Source: Chitinophagaceae bacterium (GTDB lineage Bacteria > Bacteroidota > Bacteroidia > Chitinophagales > Chitinophagaceae). From it: DNA of 64,000 nt. Position 1 is the stretch's first letter. Every line of letters starts with the position of its first letter. Made by a program: the position numbers and the translations under genes. Positions 37,101 through 46,775 of the stretch are shown here, one piece after another. The stretch spans positions 62,113 through 126,112 of the forward strand of contig JBGAJG010000002.1 in the NCBI GenBank assembly GCA_044225015.1. Direction: 5' to 3'. Below the pieces are notes generated by a model. That model made no database searches, was not told where the DNA came from, and was given only the letters and a program-made list of their open reading frames with translations.

Positions 37101-38402
37101 TCATTTTTTCCCTGCGAACATAGAAAGTAAGTAGTCTTTCAGAACAGCGTAATCAGGCGCCATCATCCTTGCAGACTTTGTTTTGGACATGATTGCAGCT
37201 GCCTGTGGCGGGAGCGCAGGCTTTAACCCGGTGGCTTTCTCCACCACATCCGGAAATTTCACGGGGTGTGCCGTTTCCAGGATAAATCCCGGCTGGCCGG
37301 CCGCCAAAGCCTCCATGGCGGCAAACGCTACGGCACCGTGGGGATCCAGCAGGTAACCATAATCCTTATAAACCCTGGCAATAGTGGATGCTGTTTCACC
37401 GTCACTGATGCTGATGCTGGAGATCTTTTCTTTTACTAACAGATATGCATAATCGAAAATCCGCAATATGCGGATAAAATTGCTGGGGTCACCCACATCC
37501 ATGGCATTAGATACGGTAGGCACGGCAATGGCGGGAGCATAGTCTCCTGACGAGAGATAGCGCGTAACCACATCATTGGCGTTGCAGGCTGCAATGAAAT
37601 GTTTCACCGGGAGACCAGTTACCGATGCCAGAATTCCCGCGCAGATATTGCCGAAGTTTCCGCTGGGGACAGAGATCACAGGGAGTTCCCCGCTGTTCCA
37701 CTGACGCAACCCCAGGAAGTAATAGATCTGTTGCGGAAGCCATCGGGCCACATTGATGGAGTTGGCAGAGGTCAGGAACAATTCCTGTTTCAATGCAGTA
37801 TCCATGAAGGCCTGCTTCACCAGGCGCTGGCAGGCATCAAAATCGCCCGTGATTTCCAGGGCATGTATATTCCCGCCATAGGTGGTGAGTTGTTGCTCCT
37901 GCACAGGCGAAACTTTTCCGGAAGGGTAGAGGATCACCACATCCACGCCCTCCACTCCATAGAAGCCATCAGCCACAGCACCGCCGGTATCTCCGGAGGT
38001 TGCCACCAGTACAAGGGTTTTTTGTTTTTTCTCGCGGGAGAAATAACCCAGGCAGCGGCTCATAAAACGTGCACCCACATCTTTGAAAGCCAGCGTTGGG
38101 CCGTGGTACAGTTCAAGTGAATACACAGTTGGTGTTATAGGAACGAGGGGAAAAGGAAATGCAATGGTTTCTTCAATGATGCGCTTCAGTTCATCATCAG
38201 GAATTGTGCCGCCAACATAAGGCCTCATGACATCAAATCCAATATCCGCAGGGCTATGGTCTTGCAGGGCCTGCACAGAGGTATACCGATGTGCAGGCAG
38301 ATGTTCCGGAAAATAAAGCCCTTTATCTGGCGCCTGGCCGGCGATGGTGGCTTCCCTGAAATTAACTGCAGGAGCTTGTTTATTCAGACTTTGATAGATC
38401 AT
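37101..38402 (-). CDS. thrC: Threonine synthase
   Basis: 433 aa. PLP-lysine context PTLAFKDVGARF. 4-nt overlap with thrB. Confidence 0.93.
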   Translation of the reverse strand: MIYQSLNKQAPAVNFREATIAGQAPDKGLYFPEHLPAHRYTSVQALQDHSPADIGFDVMRPYVGGTIPDDELKRIIEETIAFPFPLVPITPTVYSLELYHGPTLAFKDVGARFMSRCLGYFSREKKQKTLVLVATSGDTGGAVADGFYGVEGVDVVILYPSGKVSPVQEQQLTTYGGNIHALEITGDFDACQRLVKQAFMDTALKQELFLTSANSINVARWLPQQIYYFLGLRQWNSGELPVISVPSGNFGNICAGILASVTGLPVKHFIAACNANDVVTRYLSSGDYAPAIAVPTVSNAMDVGDPSNFIRILRIFDYAYLLVKEKISSISISDGETASTIARVYKDYGYLLDPHGAVAFAAMEALAAGQPGFILETAHPVKFPDVVEKATGLKPALPPQAAAIMSKTKSARMMAPDYAVLKDYLLSMFAGKK

Positions 38403-39322
38403 GCGGGAATCATTTTTACGCCTTCGTGATTGATGGTGGTTACATATACAGAATGGTCTATACCCGCCTTTGTATAAATCTCTTCCATGGTCTTACCCAC
38501 TTGTTCAGCGGTTGCCCTTTCTTTACTTAACATGAAAATGGATGGTCCGGACCCTGAGATACCCCCACCCAATGCCCCTGCTTCTATTGAGCGCTTTTTT
38601 ACCTTGTCAAATTCCGGGATCAGGATACTGCGCACGGGTTCAATGATCACATCTTCCAGGGACCTCCCGATGAGTTCATGGTTGCCCTGCATGAGACCGG
38701 CCACCAGTCCGGCGATATTACCCCACTGGCGGATCGCATCTTTCAGCAGGATCTGCTTCTTCAGGATCTGGCGTGCATCAGATGTCTTCACTTCAATCTG
38801 TGGATGCACCAATGTCACATACAGTTCAGGAGGCGAGATACGGATGATATCCAGTGGATGAATACTGCGGATCAAGGTGATCCCGCCCATGAGGCAGGGT
38901 GCGATATTGTCTGCATGCTTCACACCGGAAGCCAGTTTTTCACCATGCATGGCAAACTGCACCAGTTCCAACGGGGTGTAAGGATTGCCGAGCAGCATAT
39001 TGGCAGCCGCAACCGCACCCGCGGCGCTTGCGGCGCTGGAACCCGCACCGCTGCCGGGTTTGATCCGCTTCTCAATCTGCAATTCAAATCCAGGGGGATT
39101 ATCCATGGCAGCCATCATTGCCAGCAATGAAACACCAGCAACGTTTTTCTCGGGATCTGTAGGTAAACCGAAATTATCCAGGTTCCTGATCACCAGGCCT
39201 GGCTCTTCCCTGCGGGAGAGGATCATAAGGTCTGATGGTTCTTCCAGTGCCAGCCCAAGGATATCAAATCCACAAACAAGATTGGCAACTGTACCGGGCG
39301 CGAGAACGGAAACTTTTTCCAT
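38399..39322 (-). CDS. thrB: Homoserine kinase
   Basis: 307 aa. GHMP kinase motif PGSGAGSSAASAA. Confidence 0.92.
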   Translation of the reverse strand: MEKVSVLAPGTVANLVCGFDILGLALEEPSDLMILSRREEPGLVIRNLDNFGLPTDPEKNVAGVSLLAMMAAMDNPPGFELQIEKRIKPGSGAGSSAASAAGAVAAANMLLGNPYTPLELVQFAMHGEKLASGVKHADNIAPCLMGGITLIRSIHPLDIIRISPPELYVTLVHPQIEVKTSDARQILKKQILLKDAIRQWGNIAGLVAGLMQGNHELIGRSLEDVIIEPVRSILIPEFDKVKKRSIEAGALGGGISGSGPSIFMLSKERATAEQVGKTMEEIYTKAGIDHSVYVTTINHEGVKMIPA

Positions 39323-39345
39323 GCATACATGTATTAAAAACCCTG

Positions 39346-41790
39346 CTAACTGATGGCTATTACAGCGCGAATAATATCGGCAAAGACGCCAGAAGCGGTA
39401 ACCTCTGCCCCGGCTCCTGCCCCTTTCACTACCAGCGGCTGGTCAGGATATCGGGGCGTATAAAACCGAACGATATTGTCTTTTCCATACAGGTGGTAGA
39501 AATCATGGGCAGGATCAATATGCTGTAAGCCTACTTTTGCTTTCCCTTCCGCATAGCGCGCCACAAATTTCAGTTTGCATCCTTTGGCTGCTGCGTCTTC
39601 ATAAATCTTTTTGAAATGGGCTTCCTGGTTAGACAGCTCCTTGTAAAAGTCTTCCACAGTACCTTCCATGCAGGATTCAGGCAGGAATTTCTCATTCTCT
39701 ACCTCGGCCATTTCCATCGATTCCCCGCTTTCCCTGGCGAGGATCAGAATCTTCCTGGCTACATCCGTGCCACTAAGATCAAGACGTGGATCTGGTTCTG
39801 TATATCCTTCGTCCTGGGCCTGACGTACTACTTCTGCAAAGCTTCTCTTCCCGTCATAGTGGTTGAACACGAAATTCAGGGTTCCACTCAAAACGGCTTC
39901 AATCTTATTGATACGGTCTCCGCTCCGCAACAGATCATTAAGGGTGCCGATGACGGGAAGGCCCGCACCAACATTGGTTTCAAAAAGGAAACGGGTATTA
40001 AACTCCGCTGCAAGTTCCTTAAGGTTATGATAGTGCGCAAAGGACGATGATGCGGCAATTTTATTGCAGGCAACTACAGCAATGCTTTTTTGCAAGAGCT
40101 GCGGATACAAGGCTGCCACTTGGTCACTGGCGGTTACATCCACAAACACGCTGTTGCGCATATTACGGCTGATGATGTGTTCCACAAATGCAGGGAGGTT
40201 AGCAGTATCACCGTTTTCCAGAACGGACTCCCATTGCCCATTCAACCCCTCATCGCCAATCACCATCTTCCGGCTGTTGATGAGTCCCACCACGCGTACC
40301 TGCAACCGTAAATTTTTTTGCAGGAAGCTTGCCTGCTGCTGCAGCTGTGCAAATAATCTCCGCCCCACATTGCCCGTGCCCGCTACAAAAAGGTTCACCT
40401 GGCGGTAGGTTGTTTCAAAGAATTCCTCGTGCAGTATGTTAACTGTTTTACGAACATCATCTGTACTGATCACCGCGGAGATATTTCTTTCAGAGGATCC
40501 CTGGGCTATGGCACGTACGTTTACACCATTGCGGCCCATGGCACCAAACATTTTACCACTGATGCCAGGATGGCTCTTCATATGCTCTCCCACCAGTGCC
40601 ACAATGGAAAGGTCTTTTTCCGTACGCAGCGGCTCCACTTTCCCAACACTGATTTCCCTCTCAAAAGCGGCATCCACAGCCGCTTGTGCCTTCTCTGTGG
40701 CAGAGGCATCAATGGCTACACAAATGGAATGTTCCGATGAACTCTGTGTGATCAGGATAACATTGATCTTCTCTGTTGCCAACGCTTCAAACAGGCGTTT
40801 GGAGAACCCTGGGATACCTATCATTCCACTTCCTTCCAGACTGATCAGGGCTACTTTGTTGATGCTGGATATGCCGGTAACGGTATCCTTGCTGTACAGG
40901 GTTTCATTATGGATCACCGTGCCATTGTCAGCAGCAGCAAAAGTATTTTTTACCCACACAGGAATATGGCGGGACATGACGGGTTGAATAGTGGGAGGGT
41001 AGATCACTTTGGCGCCAAAATGGGATAGTTCCATGGCCTCCTTGTAGGAAATTGCAGGGATGGGCCTCGCATTGGCTACCCAACGAGGGTCTGCCGTCAT
41101 CATACCAGACACATCGGTCCAGATCTCAAGAGACGATGCCTGTACACCTGCTGCAACAATGGCAGCGGTATAATCAGATCCTCCCCGGCCCAGGGTAGTG
41201 GTGGTACCATTGGCATCCGATGCAATAAATCCCGGCAACACCCATAATTTTTTTGCAGGTGTAAGGGCTGATTGAATGCTTTGATAGGTTGAAGGGAAAT
41301 CTACCTGGGCATTGCCATGCTGGCTGTTGGTGCGGATCAGGTTGCGTGCATCCACCCACTGGCTGTTCACTCCTTCCACGGCAAAGGACGCCGCGAGCAT
41401 GCGTGAACTCATCAGTTCTCCAAAACCCATGATCCTGTCCAGCGTGCGGGCCGACAGTTCTCCCAGCAAAAAGATCCCGTTGAGGATGTCTTCCAATTCA
41501 TTGCAATAAGTTTTGGTAAAACTCAGTACATGGCTCTGGTGTTGTACGGGGATCAACTGTTTCACCGTCTGCAAGTGCCGGTCCTCTAATGCCCGCAGGT
41601 CTTCTTTGTAAGTTTCATCACCGGCTGCAGCTTTCTGTCCGCAACTGATCAGCTGATCCGTGGTACCACTCATGGCAGATGCCACCAGGATCACATCGTC
41701 AGTTTTCATTGCCTTGTGAGCAATCTCCCTGACTTTTTTCATAGTTTCGGCACTCCCAACGGAAGTACCGCCAAATTTCATAACGAGCAT
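39346..41790 (-). CDS. thrA: Bifunctional aspartate kinase / homoserine dehydrogenase
   Basis: 814 aa. N-terminal MKFGGTSVG kinase, ACT regions, and a C-terminal NAD-binding GTGNVG homoserine dehydrogenase. Confidence 0.95.
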   Translation of the reverse strand: MLVMKFGGTSVGSAETMKKVREIAHKAMKTDDVILVASAMSGTTDQLISCGQKAAAGDETYKEDLRALEDRHLQTVKQLIPVQHQSHVLSFTKTYCNELEDILNGIFLLGELSARTLDRIMGFGELMSSRMLAASFAVEGVNSQWVDARNLIRTNSQHGNAQVDFPSTYQSIQSALTPAKKLWVLPGFIASDANGTTTTLGRGGSDYTAAIVAAGVQASSLEIWTDVSGMMTADPRWVANARPIPAISYKEAMELSHFGAKVIYPPTIQPVMSRHIPVWVKNTFAAADNGTVIHNETLYSKDTVTGISSINKVALISLEGSGMIGIPGFSKRLFEALATEKINVILITQSSSEHSICVAIDASATEKAQAAVDAAFEREISVGKVEPLRTEKDLSIVALVGEHMKSHPGISGKMFGAMGRNGVNVRAIAQGSSERNISAVISTDDVRKTVNILHEEFFETTYRQVNLFVAGTGNVGRRLFAQLQQQASFLQKNLRLQVRVVGLINSRKMVIGDEGLNGQWESVLENGDTANLPAFVEHIISRNMRNSVFVDVTASDQVAALYPQLLQKSIAVVACNKIAASSSFAHYHNLKELAAEFNTRFLFETNVGAGLPVIGTLNDLLRSGDRINKIEAVLSGTLNFVFNHYDGKRSFAEVVRQAQDEGYTEPDPRLDLSGTDVARKILILARESGESMEMAEVENEKFLPESCMEGTVEDFYKELSNQEAHFKKIYEDAAAKGCKLKFVARYAEGKAKVGLQHIDPAHDFYHLYGKDNIVRFYTPRYPDQPLVVKGAGAGAEVTASGVFADIIRAVIAIS

Positions 41791-41870
41791 ATTGTTGTTT
41801 TACGAGAGGTTAAAAAGGATTGACCCTGGAAAGTAGCCGAAGCCCGATGGTGATATGTTCATGCACAACC

Positions 41871-41957
41871 CTAACGGGTTGTAATGGTGGTGGTAATGGT
41901 AATGGCAGTCTGGATGGCGATGCCGATCCTGTTGTGATATGTACATTGACTTGCCAT
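41871..41957 (-). CDS. thr operon leader peptide candidate (28 codons, 8 Thr + 6 Ile)
   Basis: Minus-strand ATG at 41957. Peptide MASQCTYHNRIGIAIQTAITITTTITTR, stop TAG at 41873-41871. It lies 80 nt upstream of thrA and 16 nt downstream of a TATCTTTG -7 box. Too short for the supplied ORF track. Confidence 0.65.
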   Translation of the reverse strand: MASQCTYHNRIGIAIQTAITITTTITTR

Positions 41958-41973
41958 GGATTTGAATGGATTT

Positions 41974-41981
41974 CAAAGATA
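41974..41981 (-). promoter_or_regulatory. -7 box TATCTTTG for the thr leader/operon
   Basis: Exact TAnnTTTG on the minus strand. Confidence 0.5.
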
Positions 41982-41988
41982 AGGGGAA

Positions 41989-41996
41989 TATCTTTG
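41989..41996 (+). promoter_or_regulatory. -7 box TATCTTTG for the divergent GT2 gene
   Basis: Exact TAnnTTTG on the + strand, 16 nt before ATG 42013. Confidence 0.45.
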
Positions 41997-42012
41997 ATAA
42001 ACAAGTAGAAAA

Positions 42013-42750
42013 ATGCTGAATTTCAATAAAATTGTCATTGTGCTTCCGGCGTATAATGCTGCCAGAACCCTGGAAAAGACCGTTAGGGACATTCCTGCAC
42101 TTGCAGACGCCATTATAGTGGTGGATGATTTCAGTACTGATGACACCCTGGCCCTGGCCCAGACACTGGGGGTTACCCGGGTCATCAGGCATGAGAAAAA
42201 CCTGGGCTATGGCGGTAATCAGAAAACCTGTTACAGGGAAGCGCTGTCCCTGGAAGCGGATATTGTCCTGATGTTGCACCCAGACTACCAGTATGCGCCG
42301 CAAATGATTCCGGCCATGTGCGCCGCTATTGCTTATGGTGAATACGATGTTTCCCTGGGTTCCCGGATCCTGGGTAAAGGTGCATTACAGGGGGGCATGC
42401 CCTTGTACAAATATTTCTTTAACCGTGTTCTCACGCTGGTACAGAACCTGATGATCAATCAAAAACTGAGCGAGTACCACACTGGTTTCAGGGCTTACCG
42501 TGCAGAGGTCTTACGCAGTATTGCCTTTGAAGACAACAGTGATGATTTTGTATTTGACAATGAGTTGTTATGCCAGATCCTGAAAAAGGGCTACAAGGTC
42601 TGTGAAGTGAGTTGTCCCACAAGGTATGATGATACCTCATCCAGTATCAACCTGTCAAGGTCCATCGTATATGGATGGGGGGTGTTAAGGGTGAGTCTGC
42701 AATACATGCTGGATAGTTGGGGCATATACAAGCCCAGGCTTTTTCGTTAG
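42013..42750 (+). CDS. GT2 family glycosyltransferase (soluble, DPM1/polyprenyl-phosphate sugar synthase-like)
   Basis: 245 aa. VIVLPAYNAA, VVDDFSTDDT and LHPDYQY motifs. Confidence 0.8.
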   Translation: MLNFNKIVIVLPAYNAARTLEKTVRDIPALADAIIVVDDFSTDDTLALAQTLGVTRVIRHEKNLGYGGNQKTCYREALSLEADIVLMLHPDYQYAPQMIPAMCAAIAYGEYDVSLGSRILGKGALQGGMPLYKYFFNRVLTLVQNLMINQKLSEYHTGFRAYRAEVLRSIAFEDNSDDFVFDNELLCQILKKGYKVCEVSCPTRYDDTSSSINLSRSIVYGWGVLRVSLQYMLDSWGIYKPRLFR

Positions 42751-44123
42751 GGTTTTTTATACAATACAAAATATACGGGCCATTTTCCGGAAGCTGCCAC
42801 TACCTGCCAGGATGTTTGAAGTGTATTGATCTCATCGGCAGAAAAGTCGTTGGAAATATTTGAATACAGTACGTAGTTATTGTGCATCAGGCTGGGACTG
42901 GCAAAATGCCGGTCATCATCACCCAGGTCAATGGTCCTGGAAGACATTTCATAGGGGAATCCTGCACCTGTTTCATCCGGACTAATATTCAGTAATCGCA
43001 TTTTCTCCATCATGATTTCACGGTGGTGATAGTAACTGTAATGCAACGGCATGATATCCCAGCCTTTAGAGATCAGGTCTGGGTAGATCCAGAAGAAACC
43101 ACTGCATAGCAGGATACCCGTTGCGATGACATAATTTTTCAGTGCTATTTTTTCTGTGACTACAGAAAATGCCACCAAAGTAAGTGCCGCTATGCAAGGG
43201 TAGAGATAGCGATGCATCAGCAGGCCTTTATAGATGAGTTGTGGCACTACCAGCAAGGCAAAGAATATCGTAAACAGGGTGAGCAGTTCGCGTGTTCTTC
43301 CACTGGGCCTATTGCGTTTGGAAAGCCATAGTGCCAGGGGAAAGATCCAAAGGAACAACATGCCCTGGTCAGCAAACCTCCAGGCAAGTACCACAAGGTT
43401 TTTCAGAAAACCGTAAAAACCTACGGGAACAAAGGAAGGAGCCCAGGGTGATCCTACATGGTAACCAAACCAGCCCTTGCTTTGATAGTGCGTATACAAA
43501 AATGCAAAAGCGAGGATACCTGCAGGCAGAAAATAAAGGATATACCTGACCAGTGCTAAAAAGCTGGTACGATAGTTTGGCGCGCGCAGCAATCCAAAAA
43601 CTGCCAAAGCCGCAACACATACCATGCCCCGCATACTTACCAACGCCAATAACATGGATCCAAGGACTATCCTTATCCATTGATGGCGAAGAATACCCAC
43701 AAGGCAGGTGAACAGGCCTGCAAATAAAATGATGTCCGGACTCACCAGCATAGCCTGGGTAAGCAGGATAGGATTAAGAAAGAAAAGGTAAGCGAGCACA
43801 GGGAAGTTATGCGGGAAATAGTGCCGGAGGGTGAGCAGCATATGCCAGGCAGCCACCAGCAGAAAAGGCAGCATCATCAAATGGCTTTGGATGAGCCCTT
43901 TGCCAAAAGCTTTCCAGACCCAGAACAGCAACCATCCTGTGAGTGGCGGATGTCCGCTGTCAATGTCATCCGGAAGCCATATCCGCTGCTGGCCATGATC
44001 AAAGAACCACTGAGCCTGTGCGGAAGCAAGGTGAACAGTGTCCCAGAAGAAAGGTTTATTCAGTGACAGCAGATAACAGATGGCCAGCGGAAGCAGGGCC
44101 CATATGGTTTTGCGCCATTCCAT
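42747..44123 (-). CDS. GT-C fold membrane glycosyltransferase (ArnT/PMT, GT39/GT83-like)
   Basis: More than 10 TM segments with an N-terminal periplasmic-loop motif (FWDTVHLAS..DIDSGHPPL). The start is uncertain. I favour MEWRK at 44123; the track start 44216 would overlap ppc. Confidence 0.6.
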   Translation of the reverse strand: MEWRKTIWALLPLAICYLLSLNKPFFWDTVHLASAQAQWFFDHGQQRIWLPDDIDSGHPPLTGWLLFWVWKAFGKGLIQSHLMMLPFLLVAAWHMLLTLRHYFPHNFPVLAYLFFLNPILLTQAMLVSPDIILFAGLFTCLVGILRHQWIRIVLGSMLLALVSMRGMVCVAALAVFGLLRAPNYRTSFLALVRYILYFLPAGILAFAFLYTHYQSKGWFGYHVGSPWAPSFVPVGFYGFLKNLVVLAWRFADQGMLFLWIFPLALWLSKRNRPSGRTRELLTLFTIFFALLVVPQLIYKGLLMHRYLYPCIAALTLVAFSVVTEKIALKNYVIATGILLCSGFFWIYPDLISKGWDIMPLHYSYYHHREIMMEKMRLLNISPDETGAGFPYEMSSRTIDLGDDDRHFASPSLMHNNYVLYSNISNDFSADEINTLQTSWQVVAASGKWPVYFVLYKKP

Positions 44124-44204
44124 ACTGGCTGCAAAGTAAGTCAAGCAAGGTGAACTCTGTAAATAATTGAGTAAATTACACAACATTATTTCCCTCAAAA
44201 CAAT

Positions 44205-46775
44205 ATGAGTCAGCATTCTTCTTCTTCATTATCCCTGTTCAAAAATCTGGTGGGCATAAAGTTTCAGTTGTATAACAGCCTGTTCACCTCCCTGCCTTTC
44301 CATCGAATAGAAAAAACAGGGATCATGCTCTCGCTGCTGCTGGCCAATTGTGAAGAGGGCTACAGGAAAAGAATGAGTCCCGGCGAGATTCTGAAGGACT
44401 TTTTCAACCGGCATACGCAATATGAAAAGGAGCAGGAGCAAATAGATTTATTGTTTCGCTTTGTGCAATATGTGGAAAGGCAGGTGGTGCTGTTTGATGC
44501 GCTGGAAGATGCTGCTTTTACTGAAGTTAATGATATGGCCGGTGCGGGTACTTTGAAACACCTGGAATCTGAAGTGATCCAGAAAAACAGTGACGAAGCG
44601 CTGGCGAAGAAACTGTCTGATTTCGGGATCAGGCTTGTACTAACGGCGCATCCTACCCAGTTTTATCCGGGTTCCGTCCTTGGGATCATCAATGATTTGT
44701 CTAGGGCGGTAAAAGAGAATAATGTAAACCAGATCAACACCTACCTCCAGCAACTGGGCAAAACACCATTCTTTAAGAAACAGAAACCTACTCCCTATGA
44801 CGAGGCCGTAAGCATGATCTGGTACCTGGAGAATGTATTTTATAACGCCTGCGGCCGGATAATTTCCTTTCTGAAAAACCAGTTTCCGGATGCCACCGAA
44901 GAAACAAAGCCAGTAATCAGGATGGGCTTTTGGCCGGGGGGCGATAGAGATGGTAACCCGTTTGTAACGGCGGCCACTACCCGGAAAGTAGCGGATGCCC
45001 TCCGTGGTGCGGCTATTAAGTGTTATTACCTGGACATCCGTAAGCTCAAAAGGCGATTGACATTTGAAGGCGTGGAGAATATTCTCCAGGAGCTGGAAGG
45101 GAAATTGTACCGCAATATTTTTATACCTGAATACGAGGTGGATATTTCGGCTGATGAAATTTTGCAGGCCCTGAGACGGATCAGGGAGATCGTGATCTAT
45201 CAGCACAACTCTTTGTTCGTGAATATGCTGAATAACCTGATCAACAAGGTGGAAGTATTTGGATTGTACTTTGCTACCCTGGATATCAGGCAGGAAAGTT
45301 CTGTGCATGGTAAATTATATGAGTACCTGGCGCAACAGGAGATCATCGCCAGTAACTATCTAAGTGCGGATGATGCCGGAAAGCGTAAGATTCTGGGGCA
45401 GCTGGAACCGTTAAAGAATCTGGAGATAGAAGATCCCATGGTGCGGGAGACCCTGGCGAGTATCCAGGCCATTGAACATATACAGCGGGCAAATGGAGAA
45501 CAGGGTTGCAACCGATATATTATCAGCCAGTGTAACAGCGCGCTCAATGTGATGGAAGTGCTGGGACTTTTTTATCTCGCCGGTTGGAAGCAGCAGGAGG
45601 TGAAGATAGACGTAGTGCCATTATTTGAAACCATTGACGATCTTAAGCATGCTGCACGAGTGATGAGGGAGTTGTATGAGGACGAAGTGTATATGACACA
45701 CCTTCGCCGGCGTGGGAGCCTGCAGACCATCATGCTGGGATTTTCTGACGGTACAAAGGATGGTGGTTACCTGATGGCCAACTGGAGTATCTACAAAGCC
45801 AAGGTTGAACTCACGGAGATCTCCCGCCAATTTGGTATTGATATAGTATTTTTCGATGGCCGTGGTGGCCCTCCGGCCCGTGGCGGTGGAAAGACACATA
45901 AGTTTTATTCCTCGCTGGGCCAGAAAATTGCAAACCGTGAGATTCAACTGACGATCCAGGGACAAACGGTGAGTTCCAATTTTGGAACCGTAGATGCGGC
46001 TCAGTTTAATATTGAACAGCTGCTGCATGCCGGAGTGTCCAATGATCTTTTTTCAGATAAGAATGTCACGCTAACGCCCAACCAGGAATCGCTGATCAAT
46101 GAATTAGCGGAGTCCAGTTTCCTCGCTTATTCAACATTGAAGAATCACCCCTATTTCCTGGAGTATCTGTCTCATGTAAGTCCCCTGAGGTTCTATGCAG
46201 AAACTAATATTGGGAGCAGGCCAGCCAAACGGGGAGGGGGAAGATTAAGTCTGAAGGATCTTCGGGCCATTCCATTTGTGGGGGCGTGGAGCCAGCTGAA
46301 GCAGAATGTAACAGGATATTATGGTGTGGGAACAGCTTTGAAGAGGCTGGACAATGAAGGGCGTTGGCAGGAGGTTCAGGATCTTTATAATGAGTCGCCT
46401 TTTTTCAGGACGCTTTGTGACAATTGTGAGATGGCCATGAAGAAATGTTTTTTTGCGCTTACAGCCTATATATCCTCCCACAAAGTTTACGGTGAGATCT
46501 GGCAGATGATCCATGATGAATATGAACTCACTAAAATGTACGTTACCAAACTGAATGGTAAAACAGAATTAATGGCATCCTATCCGGTGGAGCAGTTGTC
46601 TGTGCAGATGCGGGAGCGTATTGTATTGCCCTTGCTCACCATCCAGCAGTATGCGATCAGCAAGGTACGCGAGATGGATGAGCAACTGGTGCAGAGTCCT
46701 ATGCGCGAAGTGTATGAGAAACTGGCGATGCGTTGCAGTTTCGGTATCATTAATGCAGGACGAAATAGCGCTTAG
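44205..46775 (+). CDS. ppc: Phosphoenolpyruvate carboxylase
   Basis: 856 aa. VLTAHPTQ and FDGRGGPPARGGG signature motifs. Confidence 0.95.
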   Translation: MSQHSSSSLSLFKNLVGIKFQLYNSLFTSLPFHRIEKTGIMLSLLLANCEEGYRKRMSPGEILKDFFNRHTQYEKEQEQIDLLFRFVQYVERQVVLFDALEDAAFTEVNDMAGAGTLKHLESEVIQKNSDEALAKKLSDFGIRLVLTAHPTQFYPGSVLGIINDLSRAVKENNVNQINTYLQQLGKTPFFKKQKPTPYDEAVSMIWYLENVFYNACGRIISFLKNQFPDATEETKPVIRMGFWPGGDRDGNPFVTAATTRKVADALRGAAIKCYYLDIRKLKRRLTFEGVENILQELEGKLYRNIFIPEYEVDISADEILQALRRIREIVIYQHNSLFVNMLNNLINKVEVFGLYFATLDIRQESSVHGKLYEYLAQQEIIASNYLSADDAGKRKILGQLEPLKNLEIEDPMVRETLASIQAIEHIQRANGEQGCNRYIISQCNSALNVMEVLGLFYLAGWKQQEVKIDVVPLFETIDDLKHAARVMRELYEDEVYMTHLRRRGSLQTIMLGFSDGTKDGGYLMANWSIYKAKVELTEISRQFGIDIVFFDGRGGPPARGGGKTHKFYSSLGQKIANREIQLTIQGQTVSSNFGTVDAAQFNIEQLLHAGVSNDLFSDKNVTLTPNQESLINELAESSFLAYSTLKNHPYFLEYLSHVSPLRFYAETNIGSRPAKRGGGRLSLKDLRAIPFVGAWSQLKQNVTGYYGVGTALKRLDNEGRWQEVQDLYNESPFFRTLCDNCEMAMKKCFFALTAYISSHKVYGEIWQMIHDEYELTKMYVTKLNGKTELMASYPVEQLSVQMRERIVLPLLTIQQYAISKVREMDEQLVQSPMREVYEKLAMRCSFGIINAGRNSA

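Noticed and set aside
41800-42303. 167-aa minus-strand ORF with a His/Tyr-rich stretch (HYHYHHHY), and the 64-aa ORF at 41810-42004
   Set aside because: The His/Tyr run is the Thr/Ile codon run (ACC ATT) read in another frame. Most of the ORF is antisense to a well-supported GT2 gene and spans the thr promoter.
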